From Amoebidium appalachense (taxonomy: Eukaryota; Protista; Ichthyosporea), in assembly GCA_963693365.1 (NCBI GenBank), contig CAVNZM010000013.1:8494940-8558939 (forward strand): 64,000 nt of DNA. Direction: 5' to 3'. A program made the translations under genes and the position numbers. Below the pieces are notes generated by a model that did no database searches, was not told the origin of the DNA, and saw only the letters and a program-made list of their open reading frames with translations. Position 1 is the first letter of the stretch, and the number at the start of each line of letters is the position of its first letter. Shown here in pieces: positions 57,356-64,000 of the stretch.

Positions 57356-58990
57356 CACCACCACCACCCCCCACCCCAATAAAGAAAAAAAAAAAAAAAA
57401 AAGAAGGAAAAAAGAAAAAGAAAAAGAAAAAAAAAAAGAAAGAAAAAGAAAATAAACCAACCCCCACCCAGGAATTTCGGGGTAAGAAAAAAAAAAAAGA
57501 AAAGAAAAAAGAAAAACGACGAAAAGACGCGAAGGACAAAAAAAAAAAAAAAATCTTTGGGGGAAGACGAAAACGAAGAAACACAGATCTTACGTCCCCA
57601 TCCAGAATAAAACAAAAAGAAGCATACATGAGATCCCCCCCCCCCCCATCTTTTCCCTTCACCCGGTGGCACTGCTGCTCTCATAATGATTAACTTGAGG
57701 GTTTATATCTAGTCTACGCACCCTGTCTGCGGCCATGATGATGCCTATGAGGGTGCGCACATCCTCCCCCACTGGTCGACCGTAGATGGCCCCCAGCACT
57801 GCGCCCAGCACCTCCCCCTCCACCTGCTTGATCTCCACACGACGTCGCCCATCCCCCCCTCATGCGGCCACGTGAGAAGCGCCTGCCAGTACTCACTTGC
57901 TTGCACCTGTGTGTGCGTGTGTGTGTTGGGGGGAAGGGGGGGGGAGGGGGGGGGTTGAATGCGAAACACGGTACGAGGTACGCATACACGAAGGACACAT
58001 GCAAAGGCAAACATTCAAGCGTGCAACATCAGCCATGCGCACAGTATGCGTCATAAGTAGAGCCCATCCTCAGGGAGGGCCCAAGTCATGGGCCCACACA
58101 GGTATACCAAGCACAGGCAATCTCATCCCATCCACGTAAAAGGCGGTAAAGCACAAACATGCAAAAGAAGAAGCTGGAGGGGGGGGGGGGGGGGGGGGAA
58201 GCATGAGGCATGGGTACTAGGAATGTGCGCCAGTTCATGTCGGCAGTGGTGCTTGAAAGAAGAAGGATTTAGCATTTGGTTCTTTTTTACAGTCCTCAAG
58301 AGGATAAATAAATAAATAAAAACTTTGAATACTTAAACATGTGAGGAGGCAGGAACTTGAATCAAAATCTATTTTTTTCACTGGACGCCTTTTCAGAATC
58401 GATGCCACTGACATAGTATGCATCCATTCCAGAAATAAATTAGATAATATGACAGTATCCCTTTCGTGAAACTATGTTAGCAGCTTGGCAACAGATCCTA
58501 CTAGTGATAATAGCAAATACAACTTGAAGAGGCTTGAATCTCGGAACGTCTGTTGACGCCACCTAGCTTTTTTATCGCACAAGCTTAAGCGGGCAGCGCT
58601 AGCACTTGGTGCATCATAGTATTCATTGCTTGTTTGTGCTTGTGCAAACATTGTCAAGCAAGCACCTTGTTGTGTTCGCACGAGAATGCAAGATTGAATA
58701 AGAACGGGATGGTGTCACTAACGTGGTGCACCAGGTAACCGTTTGTGGGTGCGACATAGTATCCATGCCAGCATATATTTGTCTGTGCCTCGAGCAAACA
58801 GCGTAAACGGCCCCAGTGTATATCGACACATTCACACACACACGACACATTCACAACAGACACCCAGAAATAGCCTACCTGAAAATTACAACATCCTTGA
58901 TTTTATACTAAACACACGTAACTATGACCTGTTTATTAGATGTATTGATTGGCTTGAGAAACACAACATTACAAAATTCTAGCACACACA

Positions 58991-59038
<48 letters not shown>

Positions 59039-59071
59039 AACACACACATACACACACACATACACACACGC

Positions 59072-59167
<96 letters not shown>

Positions 59168-59197
59168 AGCTGATACCGAGTGTCCCAGGGGAGCCCG

Positions 59198-59234
<37 letters not shown>

Positions 59235-59913
59235 ATGGAGCTGGCAACAAAAAAACAAAAAAACAAAAAAAAAAAAAAAAGAAAAAGAAACGGGGAACCC
59301 AACTAATTGGTTTTCTTATGGTACCTCGTAGAGAAAGTAAACCCTGATATATAATCATCACCCGACATCTATGTACTTGATCATGATATACCGCTGAGGG
59401 GATATTCCGAGCAAAAACCCCCCATACCTGAGACTGGTCTCTCTTTGCCTCGAGTAAACAGCGTAAACCCCCAGTGTATATGTGATGTATAATCATTATG
59501 CGTGTCTGTGTCTACAGGTGCTCAGGTTCGTGCCACCTTTTCACTATGCTAATGTTTCGCGTTCAGTTTTGCAGGTGTTGAGGGTGTTACTGAGACAGGG
59601 CATGGATGACTGAGAGGTGAGCAGGGCAAGTGCGAGGCTTATGTATGGGATTCCAGGAAATTTTCTAGCGCTAGCTCTGAGTCAGCCTACATAGCAATGA
59701 GTAATTCAAAGCAGCTCCAAGTTGTGTGTATTTCTGTTCAAGACTATTCATGCGTATGCTCCTGTGCACGTGCCTGGTGGTAGCCTTGCATTTGGAACGT
59801 TCTTCATTGTACACACAGGGAAAACAGTACCAACAGGATAGGCTTACCGGCTTACGGTTTACCAATACATGTGACTCCCAGGCTACTAGATAATATTAGC
59901 AAAGGGAAGAGGA

Positions 59914-59953
<40 letters not shown>

Positions 59954-60129
59954 TAACAGGCACGGAGTTCCTGTCAGACACGCACCATGACACTACGTTT
60001 GACATAGAACTCTGTGGTGTTCCCCTTGCTGTCAAGGGCTACCAGCGTCAGGTCAGAGAGAGCCTCGTTGTTGAAGAGCCCACTGAGAACAGTGCTGGCA
60101 CGAGAAGACGTCCACTCGGTGCTGGCCAT
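53297..60129 (-). CDS. BTB/POZ-BACK domain protein with a MATH-like C-terminus, 4 exons, about 563 aa
   Basis: Exons 60129-59986, 57906-57722, 57005-56721, 54373-53297. BTB motifs LFNNEALSDLTL..FYVKRSVM|VQASEYWQALL..AIYG..IMAADR|FQM. BACK motifs SDELPIKEFELFRGLVRW..VRYPFMSPIEL. Exon 2 is 185 nt and needs one extra G in the G-run at about 57853-59, probably a homopolymer error. Confidence 0.85.
55300..56710. repeat. Degenerate AAGC/AAAC-rich low-complexity tract in BTB gene intron 3
   Basis: Recurrent AACAAGCAAGC words with strong A/C strand skew. Confidence 0.7.
57953..58080 (-). repeat. Dispersed repeat of about 130 bp, copy 2, just upstream of the BTB exon 2 acceptor
   Basis: Reverse complement matches 40717-40860. 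Confidence 0.8.
58824..59468 (+). mobile_element. 5'-truncated LINE family B copy in BTB gene intron 1
   Basis: Closely matches about 36140-36625 (SLPENYNILDFILNTRNYDLFIRCIDWLEKH, (CA)n, A tract, same 3' region). Flanked by direct repeats CCCCAGTGTATAT at 58811-23 and 59469-81. Confidence 0.8.
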
Positions 60130-60683
60130 GGCGAACAGGTTTATTGCTCGAATTCGAAAGGCGAAACACGAGGTATAAATAGGTTTTGAGAGGGGAAAGT
60201 TAGAAAGTGAAAAGAGAAAACAAAAGTGGTTCAAAACCAACGAATGCCTGCTATTTTGACGTTGCAACTACTCAATGCGGAAGATAGCTGAACATAGTAT
60301 TATGAGAACTCAAGACAATCACGTATGAAGTTGCCAGCTACAGCGTATATTGGGGTACAAATGGTAAAAAAGGTTGTAATGCTTCTCGAATAGGGAAACC
60401 CCACGAATGTGGGAGTGTGTTTTTGTGCTTTTTGTAAAACAAAACACCTCAAACAAAACCTGATGACGATGTTCCCAAACAAAGCTTTCAAACCGGTGAT
60501 AAGAGATTTACGCAAGATGATTTGCAAGGTAAACTAAATTGAAATGATACTAGAATGGTTATGTTTCTATTAGTGCTCTGTTTTTGCACGTTAGTACACA
60601 AAGTTGCGTTTCACCTACTGTTTGTGAGTGAGAGTGCTTGAAGTGAGTGACCTACAAGGGTTTATGTAGGTGTCTTGAAGGTT

Positions 60684-60736
60684 CCGTGCATACTTGCATA
60701 TCTTTCCGTCGAATAAATCCAGTCAAAAGAAAAAAA
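60684..60736 (+). mobile_element. Extreme 3' stub (about 53 bp) of LINE family A
   Basis: CCGTGCATACTTGCATATCTTTCCGTCGAATAAAT-CAGTCAAAAGAAAAA matches 28261-28311. TSD AAGGTT at 60678-83 and 60737-42. Confidence 0.75.
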
Positions 60737-61156
60737 AAGGTTACGTAATCAGAATGATCATGAATTTCATACGCAATCTTGCGAGCAGGGCAAATTCCAC
60801 TCAAAGATTGCATGATCATGCCAAATCCATACCATTTCCTAATCCGATTGGCAAATAGACCAGGGTGAGCGAAATGCAAATAGATCTTCCAGTGAGGCTC
60901 ACAGCACGGCATTGCCGGATCGGAAGAGGCTTGTTCAACTTGGAAACAAACATCAGGCGCAGGCTGCGGAAGTGGCAGGGCCGATGCCGGTGTCACATGT
61001 TTTCCACGCATGGAGCAGTTCACGCTACATGAGCGGCACAGATGGTGGTGGTGGTGATGCCATTTGAGGTGTGTGTGTCAGCGCTTGTGGTTGAATTCGT
61101 GTGCTTGTTTGCACTGCCAAGCTGCCAAGCATGTGTGGGCAAGGCTGTGTGCTTGT

Positions 61157-61279
<123 letters not shown>

Positions 61280-62905
61280 TGTGTGTGTGTGTGTGTGTGT
61301 GCGTGTGTGCGTGTGTGCGTGTGTGCGTGTGCGTGTGTGGTGTGTCACGTGTGTGGGTGTGTGTTTGTGTGAGTATGGCTGTATGGGTGTGGGTACATGC
61401 GTGTGCGTGTACTTGTGTTTGTGCGTGTGTGTGTGTGTGTGTATGCTCGCGCGCTCGGGCACGTGTACGTGTGTGTGCGTGTCGTTATGTAAATTGCGCG
61501 CGTGCGCGTGTGTGTTACCGTCAAGTTGTAGACGTGTGTGTGTGTGCGTGTGTGGCACGAGCACTGCGCGTGCGTGCGTGCTTCAACCCTGGGGTGGAGA
61601 GCCTGAGAGATGTGGTGCGGTGGTGGTTGTTGTGGCGGCTAGGGGGGGCGGGAGAGGGGGGGGGAGGGGGAGGGCAGAGGAAGAGGGGGAACGGAACTTC
61701 GGAAGAGGGAAAGTGGGGGGAGAGGGGGGGGGGGGGGGGGGGGGGGGAGGGGCGCACATACATGTGTAGTGACTCGGCCTGCCTACTGTGGGCTGTACCA
61801 CGCTCCCCCAACGTTTATTAGCCCTCCCACTATTTATCAACCTCCCCCTTTCCCCCCTCCCCCCCCTCCCCCCCCCCCTTCCCCCCCAATCCACACACAC
61901 ACTAACATGCGCGCGCGCGCCACGGAGACAGAGAGAGAGTGTGTGTGTGTGTGCGTGTGTGAGGGAGGGAGGGAGAGGCAGAGAGCTCCGAGAGAGACTA
62001 CACTGACATCATCAAACATACACAGAGGCAAGCGCGCATGTGTGCCTGTGCGGGCAGTTATGGTATGTCCACTTTGATCCATCTTCCTTGCAGGGCATAT
62101 TATTCGGCCCCCATTTTCCCCTTTCAAAACACACACAAAGAAAAGACTGAGAAAGAAAACATAGAGATGACCTGCAAAGTCTATTCATGTCTCACGTGTC
62201 CGTTGGCCATGGTGGATCCAGGTGGGATCACCAAGCCCTGCAAGTAATATATGAACGTACAAACTCTCGGTGTTGAGAAAATATTCTTAGGAACAAAAAG
62301 AAAAGATAAGTTAGAATCCTCAAGCGGGTGGAGAAAAAAGGTTTGCTTGTGTTTGGCAGAGGCACGTACGTGTGTGCCTAGTGAACATGATGCACGTGCA
62401 AGATCGTGCAAGGTAGACGGTCGGGTGGATATATATAGGGTTCTAGTGCGTGTAGGTGCAGAGCAGGGTGTGAAGCTCGGGACAAGATATCAGAGGGAGC
62501 ATGGGGCTGGGGGGGGGGGGTGGGAAGGGGGGGAAAGGGGAGGGGCCACATGGTTTTGATCTAGAAAAGGGAACTTCGGGCAACGAACCGCTGGTAGGGA
62601 AGTGGCGGTAGGCCTGTGTGTGCTGTGGGCCACGCGCATTCTGAGCCGTAAAATTTCTTCTACATTTACAACAAAGCCTTTTATTACTATGTCACATAAG
62701 AAAGGAAAAAAAGGCTGCTTTCAGAGCCAAGCACAAACCACGTATTCACACTCGCTCAAGCTCGAGCCAGATAACTTAAGCAACCGCTAACTAGTCTAAG
62801 AGCTAACCAACCGCCATTTGCCGGTGCCCGTGAACACAAACAATCTCGGCTCTTCCACCTTGAACCCCACCCCTGTAACCTAGCCCCCACCTCAGACAAC
62901 ACCAT

Positions 62906-64000
62906 CTACACCACGGCTGCATCGGGCATCATGCCCTGCCACACGACCTTCCTGTAGACCTCTGGTGCCGTGTCCCCCTCTGTGCTGAACACAAGCACAC
63001 TCGAGTCCTCCCCCAGGCCCAGCCCCTCCCTGTGTGCCTGTGCCTGCGGGTCGGTCAGCAGCCAGTGCACTATGCCCGTGCTCACGGCCCCAGACTCGCC
63101 CGACGTGATCGGTGTGTCCCCCTTGAGGGGGCAGGCCAGTATGCGCATACCGTTTGCTGTGAGGTAGTCCGGGGCGGATATGAAGGCGCAGGCATAGTCC
63201 CTCAGCAGGGGCCACGATATGGTGCTGGGCTCGCCACAGGCCAGCCCGGCCATGATGGTCTGCAGCTCCCCCGTCACCGTGTGTGCCTGCCCGTCCCCTT
63301 TCTTTGCTGACGTGAACACGCAGTTTGCATTGTGTGGCTCGACAACTATGAACTTGGGGGTGTGGGGCTGCAGTGCGGACGCCAGAAGGCCAAGAGCCGC
63401 CCCTGCGTGTGCACCCACACCTGCCTGCACAAACACGTGTGTGGGCGCTATGCCCTGCTCAGCCATCTGCTCCAGGGCCTCAAGGGTCATGGTCATGTAG
63501 CCCTGCATGATCCATGTGGGTATGTCCTCGTAGCCCTCCCATGCCGTGTCCTGCACCATCACGTGACCTCTCTCCTGCGCCAGCGCCCAGTTCATCCTTA
63601 CCGTGTCGTCATAGTTCAGATCAGCGACTGTGCACTGGGCACCGTGCTTTCTGATGTTTTCAACTCGCTCAGCTGCCGATCCCTTTGGCATATACACGAT
63701 TGCCTTTCGCTGCAGTTTCTCGGCCGTCCAGGCAATACCCCTCCCATGGTTTCCATCCGTAGTGGTTGTGAAGGTAATATCGCCAATTTTCTCGCTCAAA
63801 GCAGGGGAACACAATAGCTCTTGTGAAAGGGTGTCCGGCTCCAAAGAAAACCGCTGGGCGAGGTAGCGCGCCATAGCGTATGAGCCCCCCAGAACCTTAA
63901 ATGCGTTGAGGCCGAAACGGTGCGATTCATCCTTGACCAGTAGGTGCTTAATGTTTAGATGTTGCGCTAGGTGTGTCAGTGAATGGAAAGGAGTGGGGGC
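62906..64000 (-). CDS. dpaL: Diaminopropionate ammonia-lyase (PLP fold type II), bacterial type, 5' end outside window
   Basis: The frame is open from 64000: PTPFHSL..VKDESHRFGLNAFKVLGGSYA (PLP lysine), TTTDGNHGRG, VQDTAWEGY..IMQGY, THVFVQAGVG, TIMAGLACGEP, SGESGA, STEGDT. These are the DpaL/YgeX signature motifs. No intron in the visible 1095 bp. Confidence 0.93.
   Translation of the reverse strand, partial: APTPFHSLTHLAQHLNIKHLLVKDESHRFGLNAFKVLGGSYAMARYLAQRFSLEPDTLSQELLCSPALSEKIGDITFTTTTDGNHGRGIAWTAEKLQRKAIVYMPKGSAAERVENIRKHGAQCTVADLNYDDTVRMNWALAQERGHVMVQDTAWEGYEDIPTWIMQGYMTMTLEALEQMAEQGIAPTHVFVQAGVGAHAGAALGLLASALQPHTPKFIVVEPHNANCVFTSAKKGDGQAHTVTGELQTIMAGLACGEPSTISWPLLRDYACAFISAPDYLTANGMRILACPLKGDTPITSGESGAVSTGIVHWLLTDPQAQAHREGLGLGEDSSVLVFSTEGDTAPEVYRKVVWQGMMPDAAVV

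Noticed and set aside
60745-61070. Unique, coding-looking segment upstream of the BTB gene
   Set aside because: No long plus-strand frame, and the 123-aa minus-strand ORF has no recognisable domain.

Overview
Eukaryotic genomic DNA, extremely rich in (CA)n/(TG)n, (GA)n and long poly-C/G/A runs, so almost all ORFs in the supplied track are microsatellite artefacts. The gene content (syntenin, SmF, Nup133) fits a holozoan or other opisthokont; this is inference only. Genes reconstructed by hand: the 3' part of a multi-exon Nup133-like nucleoporin (705-12626 +); two intronless paralogous secreted beta-helix proteins with GGA(I/V)/FxxN repeats (21090-22415 +, 42551-43915 -); an intronless syntenin-like tandem-PDZ gene (29041-29997 +); a frameshifted bacterial-type reprolysin-like metalloprotease pseudogene (32288-34610 -); four-exon SmF with a GC-AG intron (37046-40594 +); a four-exon BTB-BACK protein (53297-60129 -); and an intronless bacterial-type diaminopropionate ammonia-lyase running off the right edge (62906-64000 -). 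Mobile DNA: Harbinger/Tourist-type MITEs, one split by a 5-kb TTAA-flanked Kolobok-like element; two hAT-type MITEs; and 5'-truncated fragments of two LINE families that share a ~32-nt motif. One LINE family has no poly(A) tail, ends in GTAAACCCC and carries a (CA)n tract right after its stop codon. Most unusual signals: splice acceptors built on (CA)n/(TG)n instead of pyrimidine tracts, minisatellites that are amplified but disabled copies of splice sites, an (AC)n...(GT)n self-complementary GC-AG intron, and the LINE terminal motif. All calls are by eye, with no database search. Homopolymer-rich regions look error-prone.
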